A stretch of 64,000 bases of DNA from Macrostomum hystrix (taxonomy: Eukaryota; Animalia; Platyhelminthes), in NCBI GenBank assembly GCA_950097015.1, contig CATNEN010000038.1, positions 16,678,001-16,742,000 on the forward strand. Direction: 5' to 3'. Shown here one piece after another: positions 13,965 through 27,249 of this stretch; position 1 is the stretch's first letter, and the number at the start of each line of letters is the position of its first letter. A program made the translations under genes and the position numbers. The notes below the pieces were generated by a model. The model was not told the DNA's origin and searched no databases. It saw nothing but the letters and a program-made list of their open reading frames with translations.

Positions 13965-14825
13965 TCAGTCCTTCTTATAAGAATCGTAGACAGTGCGACC
14001 GCCTTCGTAAAATGCAAAGAATAAAAAGCCGGCCAGTATTAGATGAATAGTGATCACAGTGATGATGGCTGAGTAGACGTAGCTCTGGCGGGATGGCAGC
14101 AGGAATAACCCTGTGGGGCATTGTTAGACAGGAGGCTGTGTATGGGCGATGATTTACAGTTTAATGGCTAGACTAGTGGTTGGAGGTTCGAAATTGGAAT
14201 GAGACGAAGACACCGATTTAAGATGGTTAAACTTGGGAATCCATGAGGATTAGCTAAAAGTAGGGGATCTGGGAGGATTAGAAAAAAACTAGGGGATCTG
14301 GGAGGATTAGCTAAAACTAGGGGATCTGGGAGGATTAACTAAAGCTTGGGATCTGGGAGGATTAGCTAAAACTAGGGGATCTGGGAGGATTAACTTGAAC
14401 TTGGGATCTGGGAGAAGTAGCTAAAACTAGGGGATCTGGGAGGATTAACTTGAACTTGGGATCTGGGAGGATTAACTTGAACTTGGGATCTGGGAGGATT
14501 AACTTGAACTTGGGATCTGAGAGGATTAACTTAAACTTGGGATCTGGGAGGTCCTCAAACTATTCTTTTAAACCTACTATGAGATTGTACTATGAGAAAA
14601 TCAAGGCCATGTTTTTTAAATGGGATCGACTTTGAATTATCCCAATATTTAAAAGCGACAGCCATATTTACCTTCGAATATAAGCGATTTAGTAAAGAAG
14701 TACAGACTAACAGGCACAAACATCAACAGCAGACCCAGAGTGGTCAGCACTTTGCCAGCCGTGCTGAAATGCCCAAAGCCGGCCGCGGCGCCTAGCAACG
14801 GATGAGCGGCATTGCTGGACTCCAT
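13965..14825 (-). CDS. VMA21: V-ATPase assembly integral membrane protein VMA21, 99 aa; exons 14825-14672 and 14110-13965
   Basis: Manual translation MESSNAAHPLLG...LLLMFVPVSLYFFTKSLIFEG|LFLLPSRQSYVYSAIITVITIHLILAGFLFFAFYEGGRTVYDSYKKD* closely resembles recalled human VMA21 (VPIGLYFTTKSYIFEG...SYFYAAIVAVVAVHVVLALF). Phase-1 GT-AG intron, two TM helices. Confidence 0.93.
14262..14551. repeat. ~27-bp minisatellite in the VMA21 intron (GGGATCTGGGAGGATTAACTTGAACTT)
   Basis: About 11 copies. Confidence 0.92.
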
Positions 14826-14946
14826 GTGCTTTTATAATGTACTTTCTGTTTAGCAGAATAGTAGACAAATATAGCAAATGAATATAAGCTGGAAAATAAA
14901 TGCATAAAATATTAAGAAGATTAAAAAGATTGCATTTCAATGGGCC

Positions 14947-17900
14947 CACTAAAAGGATCAGATGGGATAATAGTAGACTCACTAAAATGATCGGATGGGA
15001 TAATAGTAGACTCACTAAAAAGATCAGATGGGATAATAGTAGACTCACTAAAAGGATCAGATGGGATAATAGTAGACTCACTAAAATGATCAGATGGGAT
15101 AATAGTAGACTCACTAAAAGGATCAGATGGGATAATAGTAGACTCACTAAAATGATCGGATGGGATAATAGTAGACTCACTAAAAGGATCAGATGGGATA
15201 ATAGTAGACTCACTAAAAAGATCAGATGGGATAATAGTAGACTCACTAAAAGGATCAGATGGGATAATAGTAGACTCACTAAAAGGATCATATGGGATAA
15301 TAGTAGACTCACTAAAAGGATCAGATGGGATAATAGTAGACTCACTAAAAGGATCAGATGGGATAATAGTAGACTCACTAAAAGGATCAGATGGGATAAT
15401 AGTAGACTCACTAAAAGGATCAGATGGGACAATAGTAGACTCACTAAAAGGATCAGATGGGATAATAGTAGACTCACTAAAAGGATCAGATGGGATAATA
15501 GTAGACTCACTAAAAGGATCAGATGGGATAATAGTAGACTCACTAAAAGGATCAGATGGGATAATAGTAGACTCACTAAAATGATCGGATGAGATAATAG
15601 TAGACTCACTAAAATGATCAGATGGGATAATAGTAGACTCACTAAAAGGATCAGATGGGATAATAGTAGACTCACTAAAAGGATCAGATGGGATAATAGT
15701 AGACTCACTAAAAGGATCAGATGGGATAATAGTAGACTCACTAAAAGGATCAGATGGGATAATAGTAGACTCACTAAAAAGATCAGATGGGATAATAGTA
15801 GACTCACTAAAATGATCAGATGGGATAATAGTAGACTCACTAAAAGGATCAGATGGGATAATAGTAGACTCACTAAAATGATCAGATGGGATAATAGTAG
15901 ACTCACTAAAAGGATCAGATGGGATAATAGTAGACTCACTAAAATGATCAGATGGGATAATAGTAGACTCACTAAAATGATCAGATGGGATAATAGTAGA
16001 CTCACTAAAATGATCAGATGGGATAATAGTAGACTCACTAAAATGATCAGATGGGATAATAGTAGACTCACTAAAAAGATCAGATGGGATAATAGTAGAC
16101 TCACTAAAAAGATCAGATGGGATAATAGTAGACTCACTAAAATGATCAGATGGGATAATAGTAGACTCACTAAAATGATCGGATGGGATAATAGTAGACT
16201 CACTAAAAAGATCAGATGGGATAATAGTAGACTCACTAAAAGGATCAGATGGGATAATAGTAGACTCACTAAAAAGATCAGATGGGATAATAGTAGACTC
16301 ACTAAAATGATCAGATGGGATAATAGTAGACTCACTAAAAGGATCAGATGGGATAATAGTAGACTCACTAAAATGATCGGATGGGATAATAGTAGACTCA
16401 CTAAAAGGATCAGATGGGATAATAGTAGACTCACTAAAATGATCAGATGGGATAATAGTAGACTCACTAAAAGGATCAGATGGGATAATAGTAGACTCAC
16501 TAAAATAATCAGTTGGGATAATAGTAGACTCACTAAAATAATCAGATGGGATAATAGTAGACTCACTAAAATGATCAGATGGGATAATAGTAGACTCACT
16601 AAAATAATCAGATGGGATAATAGTAGACTCAATAAAATGATCAGATGGGATAATAGTAGACTCACTAAAATGATCAGATGGGATAATAGTAGACTCACTA
16701 AAATAATCAGATGGGATAATAGTAGACTCACTAAAATGATCAGATGGGATAATAGTAGACTCACTAAAATAATCAGTTGGGATAATAGTAGACTCACTAA
16801 AATGATCAGATGGGATAATAGTAGACTCACTAAAATGATCAGATGGGATAATAGTAGACTAACTAAAATGATCAGATGGGATAATAGTAGACTCACTAAA
16901 ATAATCAGTTGGGATAATAGTAGACTCACTAAAATGATCAGATGGGATAATAGTAGACTCACTAAAATGATCAGATGGGATAATAGTAGACTCACTAAAA
17001 TGATCAGATGGGATAATAGTAGACTAACTAAAATGATCAGATGGGATAATAGTAGACTCACTAAAATAATCAGTTGGGATAATAGTAGACTCACTAAAAT
17101 TATCAGATGGGATAATAGTAGACTCACTAAAATGATCAGATGGGATAATAGTAGACTCACTAAAATGATCAGATGGGATAATAGTAGACTCACTAAAATG
17201 ATCAGATGGGATAATAGTAGACTCACTAAAATAATCAGATGGGATAATAGTAGACTCACTAAAATGATCAGTTGGGATAATAGTAGACTCACTAAAATGA
17301 TCAGATGGGATAATAGTAGACTCACTAAAATGATCAGATGGGATAATAGTAGACTCACTAAAAGGATCAGATGGGATAATAGTAGACTCACTAAAAAGAT
17401 CAGATGGGATAATAGTAGACTCACTAAAAGGATCAGATGGGATAATAGTAGACTCACTAAAATGATCAGATGGGATAATAGTAGACTCACTAAAATGATC
17501 AGATGGGATAATAGTAGACTCACTAAAATGATCAGATGGGATAATAGTAGACTCACTAAAAGGATCAGATAGGATAATAGTAGACTCACTAAAAGGATCA
17601 GATGGGATAATAGTAGACTAACTAAAAGGATCAGATGGGATAATAGTAGACTCACTAAAAGGATCAGATGGGATAATAGTAGACTAACTAAAAGGATCAG
17701 ATGGGATAATAGTAGACTCACTAAAAAGATCAGATGGGATAATAGTAGACTCACTAAAAGGATCAGATGGGATAATAGTAGACTCACTAAAATGATCAGA
17801 TGGGATAATAGTAGACTCACTAAAATGATCAGATGGGATAATAGTAGACTCACTAAAATGATCAGATGGGATAATAGTAGACTCACTAAAAGGATCAGAT

Positions 17901-20030
17901 GGGATAATAGTAGACTCACTAAAAGGATTAGATGGGATAATAGTAGACTCACTAAAAGGATCAGATGGGATAATAGTAGACTCACTAAAATGATGAGATG
18001 GGATAATAGTAGACTCACTAAAATGATCAGATAGGATAATACTCGTAGTAGACTTCTTTCTAGCAACTTTCTCGCAAAAGGAGCACTAAAATGATCAGAT
18101 GGGATAATAGTAGACTCACTAAAAGGATCAGATGGGATAATAGTAGACTCACTAAAAGGATCAGATGGGATAATAGTAGACTAACTAAAAGGATCAGATG
18201 GGATAATAGTAGACTCACTAAAAGGATCAGATGGGATAATAGTAGACTAACTAAAAGGATCAGATGGGATAATAGTAGACTCACTAAAAAGATCAGATGG
18301 GATAATAGTAGACTCACTAAAAGGATCAGATGGGATAATAGTAGACTCACTAAAATGATCAGATGGGATAATAGTAGACTCACTAAAAGGATCAGATGGG
18401 ATAATAGTAGACTCACTAAAAGGATCAGATGGGATAATAGTAGACTCACTAAAAGGATCAGATGGGATAATAATAGACTCACTAAAAGGATCAGATGGGA
18501 TAATAGTAGACTAACTAAAAGGATCAGATGGGATAATAGTAGACTCACTAAAAAGATCAGATGGGATAATAGTAGACTCACTAAAAGGATCAGATGGGAT
18601 AATAGTAGACTCACTAAAATGATCAGATGGGATAATAGTAGACTCACTAAAATGATCAGATGGGATAATAGTAGACTCACTAAAATGATCAGATGGGATA
18701 ATAGTAGACTCACTAAAAGGATCAGATGGGATAATAGTAGACTCACTAAAATTATCAGATGGGATAATAGTAGACTCACTAAAAGGATCAGATGGGATAA
18801 TAGTAGACTCACTAAAAGGATCAGATGGGATAATAGTAGACTCACTAAAATGATCAGATGGGATAATAGTAGACTCACTAAAAGGATCAGATGGGATAAT
18901 AGTAGACTCACTAAAATGATCAGATGGGATAATAGTAGACTCACTAAAAGGATCAGATGGGATAATAGTAGACTCACTAAAAGGATCAGATGGGATAATA
19001 GTAGACTAACTAAAAGGATCAGATGGGATAATAGTAGACTCACTAAAAAGATCAGATGGGATAATAGTAGACTCACTAAAAGGATCAGATGGGATAATAG
19101 TAGACTCACTAAAATGATCAGATGGGATAATAGTAGACTCACTAAAATGATCAGATGGGATAATAGTAGACTCACTAAAAGGATCAGATGGGATAATAGT
19201 AGACTCACTAAAATGATCAGATGGGATAATAGTAGACTAACTAAAATGATCAGATGGGATAATAGTAGACTCACTAAAAGGATCAGATGGGATAATAGTA
19301 GACTCACTAAAATGATCAGATGGGATAATAGTAGACTCACTAAAAGGATCAGATGGGATAATAGTAGACTCACTAAAATGATCAGATGGGATAATAGTAG
19401 ACTCACTAAAATGATCAGATGGGATAATAGTAGACTCACTAAAATGATCAGATGGGATAATAGTAGACTCACTAAAATGATCAGATGGGATAATAGTAGA
19501 CTCACTAAAATGATCAGATGGGATAATAGTAGACTCACTAAAAGGATCAGATGGGATAATAGTAGACTCACTAAAATGATCAGATGGGATAATAGTAGAC
19601 TCACTAAAAGGATCAGATGGGATAATAGTAGACTCACTAAAAGGATCAGATGGGATAATAGTAGACTCACTAAAAGGATCAGATGGGATAATAGTAGACT
19701 CACTAAAATGATCAGATGGGATAATAGTAGACTCACTAAAATGATCAGATGGGATAATAGTAGACTCACTAAAAGGATCAGATGGGATAATAGTAGACTC
19801 ACTAAAAGGATCAGATGGGATAATAGTAGACTCCCTAAAATGATCAGATGGGATAATAGTAGACTCACTAAAATGATCAGATGGGATAATAGTAGACTCA
19901 CTAAAATGATCAGATGGGATAATAGTAGACTCACTAAAAGGATCAGATGGGATAATAGTAGACTCACTAAAAGGATCAGATGGGATAATAGTAGACTCAC
20001 TAAAAGGATCAGATGGGATAATAGTAGACT
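14947..20030. repeat. 33-bp satellite (CACTAAAAGGATCAGATGGGATAATAGTAGACT), about 150 copies
   Basis: Direct reading; source of the IRWDNSRLTK and LLLSHLILLVS pseudo-ORFs. Confidence 0.98.
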
Positions 20031-21174
20031 TCTTTCTAGCAACTTTCTCGCAAAGGAGCACTAAAATATTTCTATTTTAACAGTTATTAACGTCAAAATG
20101 ACACGACAAAGAGCCATTCGCAAAGACAAGTTTATTAATGGAAATCAGCTTCTTTCAAATCGCCAGAAATGAAGTTTTGGCGAATGATTTTGTTACCTTT
20201 TGCTGTTCCGTAACTTAATACAGTCGATATTATATGAAACGTTGTTCTCCTAACTTTCAGGAATAAAAATAGCACAAAAAGTAAAAAAATAAGGTTTTCC
20301 AAGTTTTAAAACCAAAGGTAAAGTGACCTTGTGGTGCAAAAATTTGAACAGAAAATGCGAACTAAAGTCAGATAAACTGTATTATTAATAATTCCTAGGA
20401 ATTTAAGATGCAAATTTGGCAACCAACTTGACAGAGAAACAAATGCGAATAAGTAGGAGTTTTTTGTGAGATAAACGCTTCACAGACTACTGTCTGGTAG
20501 TAGACTGAGTAACAAAAAATAGTGTTATACAGACTTTTTTAAGATTTAAGAAGGCAGCAACAAAAAAAATATAAAATAATAGGAAAGAAAAAAGTAATAA
20601 AAATACACGACTTGGCTTGCCAAATTATTACATTGATAATGCGTTTTTACCTTTTTCTCTAGCATGACCTAAATCATTGTCGACGGTATAATAAATAGTA
20701 TATTATATTAATTACTAGGCATCAAGGCAGAACGACTATTACAAATATATGTGGTTCTTACTTGTAACAAAGAACGTTATAAGAAATCCATCTATGGTTG
20801 ACTTCTACATAGTCGTTGTAGTTGTCTTAGTTACTACTAAATTGATGTAACTATATGTCACGTAGTATTTGCGACTGCACAAATGTCTCTTTCACCGACG
20901 TTTGTCTACATAGTCTTTGTTACTCTTTGATTGACGTCTGAATAAAATAATCTACGAGCTAAAATAGTCTTTGTTACTCCCACGAATGACCCTAATGCAA
21001 GTATTTTTTATTAGTTCAATTGACGTTTGTCTACATGAGTCGATTATCTTCAAATTTGTTTGCTGAAAAATCCAACCTTCTCGAGATTATTAGCCAACGA
21101 GAAAAGTTCTATTAAATCGACTACTTTGAACAAAAAACCGCTGATAGTTTCCTAAAGTCTCCAGTTCGGTCTCG

Positions 21175-23728
21175 TTACTCGTCGCCTTCCAATTCTTCCA
21201 TAGGAGGCACAAGTGGTCCATCGTTTGCCTTACGGGCCGACTGCCGAGTCTGCCGATCCGGATACGGAGTCAGCTGTTTGACCTTGTGGCGGAAGCCTCC
21301 GCCGCTAGGGTCTTCAGCGTTGAATGAAACCGACTTGCTGGTTGAGCGGCGCCTTTTGGCAGCTGAGGCAGGCGAATCCTGAGGCTCGGTGTTGATGGCC
21401 GACAATTTAGGCGCAGCCCGCTTCGATGCCGAAATCTTCTCTTCGTAAGATTTTATTCTAGCTTTTACAACTGACGAAGCCGATGCTGGGGTCTTCGCCT
21501 CGGCAGCCTCCACTATGACTGAAGTCTTGGTAGCTGATGTCTGATTCTCCTTTCCTCGGGTCTTTGTTACTGGAGTCTTAGTGTCAGGCGTCTTATTTCC
21601 AGGAGCATCCTTACCGGGAGTCTTTGTTCCTGGAGCCTCCTTAACAGGAGACTTTGTTCCTAGAGCCTCCTTACCGGGAGTTTTTGTTCCTGGAGCCTCC
21701 TTAACAGGAGTCTTTGTTCCTGGAGCCTCCTTAGCAGGGGTCTTTGTTCTTGGGCTTTTGCTAACGGGACCCTTCGTGCCAGACAACTCTTTTCCGGGTG
21801 TATTCGCATTGACTGTTTCTTTTTTGACAGTCTTTGTTCCAGATTTTTGTTTGAGAGACTTAGCTGCAGTAGCCTCCTTTCCGGGAGTCCTTGATCCAAG
21901 AGTCTTTCTTCTCGGATTTTTCGACTTAACGGCCTGATTAGTAGGCGATTTTACACCGATTGTCTGTCGCCGGCGGCTACTGGCGTCTCTTTCGGAGGCT
22001 GGCCGAGTGGAAGGCCTCGCCGAAGCAGCCGCGCCAGTATTCTCCACTCCCGAAGTCTTTACAGCGCGAAGATTCTGCGCCGGTGTTCTTTCAGCGGTGG
22101 GAGTCCTAGAATTAGAAGCCATCTGGGCGGGCGTCGTTGTTCCGGGAGTTTTTGTAGCGAAAGATTTGCGCGTAGACGACCTGAATTGACCTCCAGTCAG
22201 AGCAGCAAAGGTGACCATTGGAGACGAGATGGCGCCGACCCCGAAGCCTCTACTTGAAAATGGCGCAACGTGTTTCTTACGAAATTCAGCAAATCGTGAC
22301 TTGGCACCGGCGCCCGCGGCGGCTGCGGCCTTCCTCCTAGCCTGAGGCTGCCTACCACCGGCAGCCGCCTTACGCTGCAGCCCGGATCTGGTCGGAGGCG
22401 CCTCGGCTGCTGGCTTAGCTGGCCAACCAGCGGAGCGCTCAGTCTCTAGGCGGCCAAACTCGGATTTGACGCTATCAATCTCTCGTTCTACTAGAACCCA
22501 GTAGCCGCTGACATCACCTGGCAGGATCGGCAGAGCGGCTGACTCGCCAGAACCTTCGCCATTATTCGGCGCGCCGTCATCGGCTGGAGCGGCGTTAACG
22601 CAGGCGGCGAGCATGTTTTCAAAGAATGGAAATTTTTTAACGCAGAGCAGCTCGGCCATGCCGATGGCGGTCCGGATGCTGCCCTGGGCTGGCTCGGGGA
22701 TTGTGGCCGACTCAGTTGACAGCACTTCGCGCCAGTCGCCAATTAACTGCCTGGATCAAAAATTGATGGCATGATATCTAACGATCTGGATCTATCGATC
22801 TGGATCTATCGATCTGGATCTATCGATCTGGATCTATCGATCTGGATCTATCAATCTGGATCTATCGATCTGGATCTATCGATCTGGATCTATCGATCTG
22901 GATCTATCGATCTGGATCTATCGATCTGGATCTATCGATCTGGATCTATCGATCTGGATCTATCGATCTGGATCTATCGATCTGGATCTATCGATCTGGA
23001 TCTATCGATCTGGATCTATCGATCTTAGTCAAAGCCATAATAAAAACATGGTCTCCTCACCTAAAATACTCCCACTGCTGGTGTAGCATCATCCTGTAGG
23101 CACGCGTCACTTTCTCACACTCGTCGCCTTCCTCCAAAGCCGCCTTGACGCTTTCGATTTCGGCGTCGTTGTCAGCTGCCGGCTCGGTTAGTCGCGGACG
23201 CTGCTGCTGCTGCTGGTCTGGCTCAGCAGGCGACCGCGCGGCCAGAGTGGCACGTCGCTGCTGCTGCCGCCTAGAATCAATCATAGGCGAATTAACCAAA
23301 GCCAGTGTGCGTAATTGGGGATCACGGATGCGTTTTAAATCGCTTGACTTGCGCGCTGTTGGGGCGCTGGCGGCAGCGGCGGGCGTCTTTGGGTGCTGCC
23401 GTTGAGACCGGTCAACAACAACCCGGGGTGTGGCTAGACGCCTGCGAGTTTCCAGAGTCACATCGAACACCATTGGCGAGCCTTGGCGACTGTAGCCAGC
23501 AGCAGTGATGGCGCTCGCTCCAGCAGCCTCAGCAATGGCACCAGATTTATTAGAAGCATTTTCTCGCATTGAAGATGAGCGTTTAGCAGCAACAAGCAAG
23601 GACTTCCGCTGCTGCTGCTGCTGTAGCTTCTGCCTACTGGCTGCTGAGGCAGTGGCACGACTTTTCTGAACCAAGCTGCTGCTGCTGCTGATGCTACTGC
23701 TTCTAGTCAGTCTTGAAACAGGGCCCAT
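21175..23728 (-). CDS. GKAP-domain protein, DLGAP5/HURP/Mars-like mitotic spindle protein, 747 aa; exons 23728-23061 and 22750-21175
   Basis: Phase-2 GT-AG intron joins the two ORFs. GKAP-like segment YRMMLHQQWEYFRQLIGDW...GSIRTAIGMAELLCVKKFPFF...DVSGYWVLVEREIDSVKSEFGRLETERSAGW. No synaptic SAPAP N-terminus; many S/T-P sites and a KEN motif favour DLGAP5-type. Confidence 0.8.
22783..23024. repeat. 14-bp repeat (GATCTGGATCTATC)n filling the DLGAP5-like intron
   Basis: About 17 copies; about 240 of the 310 intron bases. Confidence 0.97.
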
Positions 23729-24496
23729 TTTTATGTTTAAAAAGTCCGACACTAGGAAATATCTTGTAGTTAGTTTATTTTTTACTAATTATAGCTAAAA
23801 ATGAATAATGGCAATAGCTGGAATAGTTTTATGAGTTTTATTAGTACTATAGTATAGTATTAAAAATTCATAAATTATAATATCTAGCAATTTTATAGAT
23901 TAACAAGAATGAAACAGTGGAGCAATGTCAACACACAGTTAATTTAGCTACAAAGAAAAAGAACATGGTTATAGAATAACTTAATCATGTAAAATTGCTT
24001 AGCAAAAATATTTTTGTCTCTAGGACTGCTTATCAAAGTCAAATCAGTTTTGTTCACTTATAAAAAAACTAACAAAAATTTTAAGTTAAAAAATATCATT
24101 TTGAAGAACACAAACTTAGTTAAAAATAATTTATAATGTTGAACAGGATATTTTATATAGCCTTGATAATAAACATATTCAAATCAATCTAATTAAAAAA
24201 TACTTCTACTTGAGTCTTTCTACCATGTGGTAAAGGTAGGCCTAGCAGACTGACTTTTTTATTTACTACAAAAGCCAAGTAAGTAGGCCCAATATGTTAG
24301 TTTGTCACCCTAGTCAGAATCATAATTTGTGTGTGCCAGAACCCACCCCAGAAGTTTAAATCTTCACATGCTTGTAAAGTTGTGCCTAGTTTAAATAAAA
24401 TGAAGATAGATAGTTATGAAAGATAACTTAGAAGTTATGAAAAACAAATTAAAAAAAAATAAAAAGTAGAAAGCATTTAATCTATTCCAGAATCCA

Positions 24497-25050
24497 TGGA
24501 AGCCAGGGGTCTAGAGAGAAGCCAGGGGTCTGGAGGGAAACCAAGGGTTAGGAGGGAAGCCAGGTGTCAGGAGGGAAGCCAGGGTTCATGAAGGAAACCA
24601 AGGGTTAGGAGTGAAGCCAGGTATCAGGAGGGAAGCCAGGGTTCATGAGGGAAACCAAGGGTTAGGAGGGAAGCCAGGTGTCAGGAGGGAAGCCAGGGTT
24701 CATGAGGGAAACCAAGGGTTAGGAGTGAAGCCAGGCATCAGGAGGGAAGCCAGGGTTCATGAGGGAAACCAAGGGTTAGGAGGGAAGCTGTCGTCAGGTG
24801 GGAAGCCAGGATTCATGAGGGAAACCAGGGTTAGGAAGGAAGCCAGGGTTCATAAGAGGAAACGAAGGGAAAGGAAGGAAGCCAGGATTAGGAAAGAAAC
24901 CAGGGTTCATGAGAGGAAACAAAGGGTTAGGAAAGAAGCCAGTGGTCAAGAGAGAAGCCAGGGGTCAGGAGAGAAACCAAGGGCTAGGAGGTAAACAAGG
25001 GGTTCAGAGATAAGCCGAGGGGGTCAGGATGGAAACCAGGGGTCAGGAAG
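24497..25050. repeat. Degenerate purine-rich composite repeat (GGAAGCCAGGGTTCATGAGGGAAACCAAGGGTTAGGAG)
   Basis: Subunits of about 19 bp within a period of about 57 bp. Confidence 0.85.
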
Positions 25051-26409
25051 TGTAGTGAGTCACTGCCTATGGGTCTATTGGTGTCTCATTAGCTGTCAGT
25101 GACCCACCTGCTTGGTACTAGGACCAACATTATTAAGTTAATGCTTATTAATGTCAATATGCACATAAATTTAATTTACTCCAACGTTTTGTGAAGTTAT
25201 ATTAAAAAGAATAATTACTATAAATCAGCATTGCTCTTTGCTCTTAAGGACCTATCATAAAACAAAATACAAAAAATCTCCTTGGTGTCATTGTAGGCCC
25301 CTAGTCAATTGTAGTCTGCTTTGGTGTTCACACAGACCCCAAAATTAATTTTGAAAACAGAAAAAACACAAAAATGACTTTATATTTAAAAGATTATTAA
25401 GAGCCAATAGGCTATCAGGCTTAAATAAATGATAGGGCCTAAGACAGATTCATAACATTACAATAGGCCCCCTAATTTAGTATAGGCCTAGCCTTGCAAC
25501 ATGGGTGCAATGCTTTAATTCTGCTACTCAAATTCAATTTGCCTCAATAGGCCTATGTTTATATTCACAGCATATGAGTTTTATTTTATGTAATAGGCCT
25601 AATAATTATAGTAATAATAGGCCTAAGTTTTTAGCCTGCTAAATTGATGAAAGTTGCGAGTGGATTATGTATTATATATAACTGCTAGGGCCTAGTTAAA
25701 GTTATAATAGATATAAATCTTTAATATATTTATTGTGTTGCATCTGTGTTAGCATATATATCCAATGTACCAAATAAATAACAAATATAATAGCTGAAAC
25801 ATCAAGGCTCCGTTACAAAAGCGACGATAAGCTATGCGGATTGTAAATGCAGTTGCTTTTACTTTTTAGCTAGGCCTATAATTAAATAAAGTGCAATTTG
25901 AAAGGCCGATCGATTTATTTGGTATTAGCTATAGTCGAACTTGGCAAATAATTGATAACTTTGATGTAGCTATAGAACGCTAGATGCCATCTGACAAATG
26001 GCATCTAACAAGGGTTATTACCGGGTAGGTAATAGGCTAACATTAAACCCTTAAAGCTTAAATCGTACGTAGTAGAGTAGAGACATGCAACTTTAAAAAG
26101 AGTGCGCTAAAGTCGCACCGTATAAATACACTCTCTTAATGTAACACTAAATTATTTTGTGACAGTAAATGCAGTTAAAATGGACAACATGGGCTCAGTT
26201 AACCACAAAAAAATATTCTCAATTTCGCAATAGTTTAAACGCATAAACAAATGACGCACACGTTTAATCAATGCTTTTACAAGAAACCTAGACTTATAGT
26301 CAGTTTGGCAATGTATTTTGTTCTATAAACTTAAGTTCAATGCTCGTCACGTCCTTCTGCTTCTTTCAGAAGGGCTAACTCGTACTCACTGTATTTTACA
26401 ACTGTGAAG

Positions 26410-26853
26410 GGATCCTAGACACTTCGTCATCTTACAACTTCGTCATCTTACAACTTCGTCATCCACTTGGAAGGTAGGCCTAGGACACTTCGTCATCCAG
26501 CCAATTGGCATGCTTTAAAGTTTGGTCAGTTCGTCATCTACTAATAACAAGCAATCAAGTTCGTCATCAATAAAGTGAGGGTGGGGTGGTGGGGCAGAGG
26601 TGTGAACACACTTCACACTCTAAATTGTCAAAAAGAGGTGTCAAAACTGATTTCATTATAAGAGTTGAAAGATAGGTGCCAACACGATGTGAGGAGGTGG
26701 GGAGGGGTGGTTCTGTTCTAACTTTCAAAACTTTTGTTTTATAGATGACGAAGTGTCCACAAGTCTAAGTCTCTTCTTAATCCACCCTCTGAGATATTGG
26801 ACAGATCGTCATCTGGATGACGAAGTTGTAAGATGACGAAGTGTCCAGGTACC
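26410..26853. mobile_element. MITE with TIRs and CTTCGTCATC subterminal repeats
   Basis: Left end GGATCCTAGACACTTCGTCATCTTACAACTTCGTCATC is nearly the reverse complement of right end GATGACGAAGTTGTAAGATGACGAAGTGTCCAGGTACC. Confidence 0.85.
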
Positions 26854-27249
26854 ATTAACCTTAACAGTCATAACTTCTAATCATTGAAGAGTGCATTTAG
26901 GTATGCATATAACTTTATAAAAATACTCAATGACAATAGCTTTTGACTTATCAATGATGGCTTCGACTAGTCATTTTTGTTCACTAAAATATTTTACCAA
27001 AGCATTTTATTTGTATATACTAAGGCCTAGTGCAAATAATTCCCACAACTGAGGACCTGTTAAATAAAAATATTTTTTACATTTTCAGATTTCTTGTGAT
27101 TCATGTCAGCAGTGGTTCGATAGCATGACCACTGTCTTGGTGTCCCTTGTAGCAAAGAGATTCCAGCAAGTTTCTGGTAGTAGGGGGCCTATTTTGTTGA
27201 AGCATGTTCAACTCCAGCAAGGTTGATTAGTTTTCAGAGTTAGTTTTCT

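Noticed and set aside
14707-20064. Very long Leu-rich and IRWDNSRLTK ORFs (up to 1119 aa)
   Set aside because: Translations of a 33-bp satellite that is open on both strands; they overlap real VMA21 in another frame.
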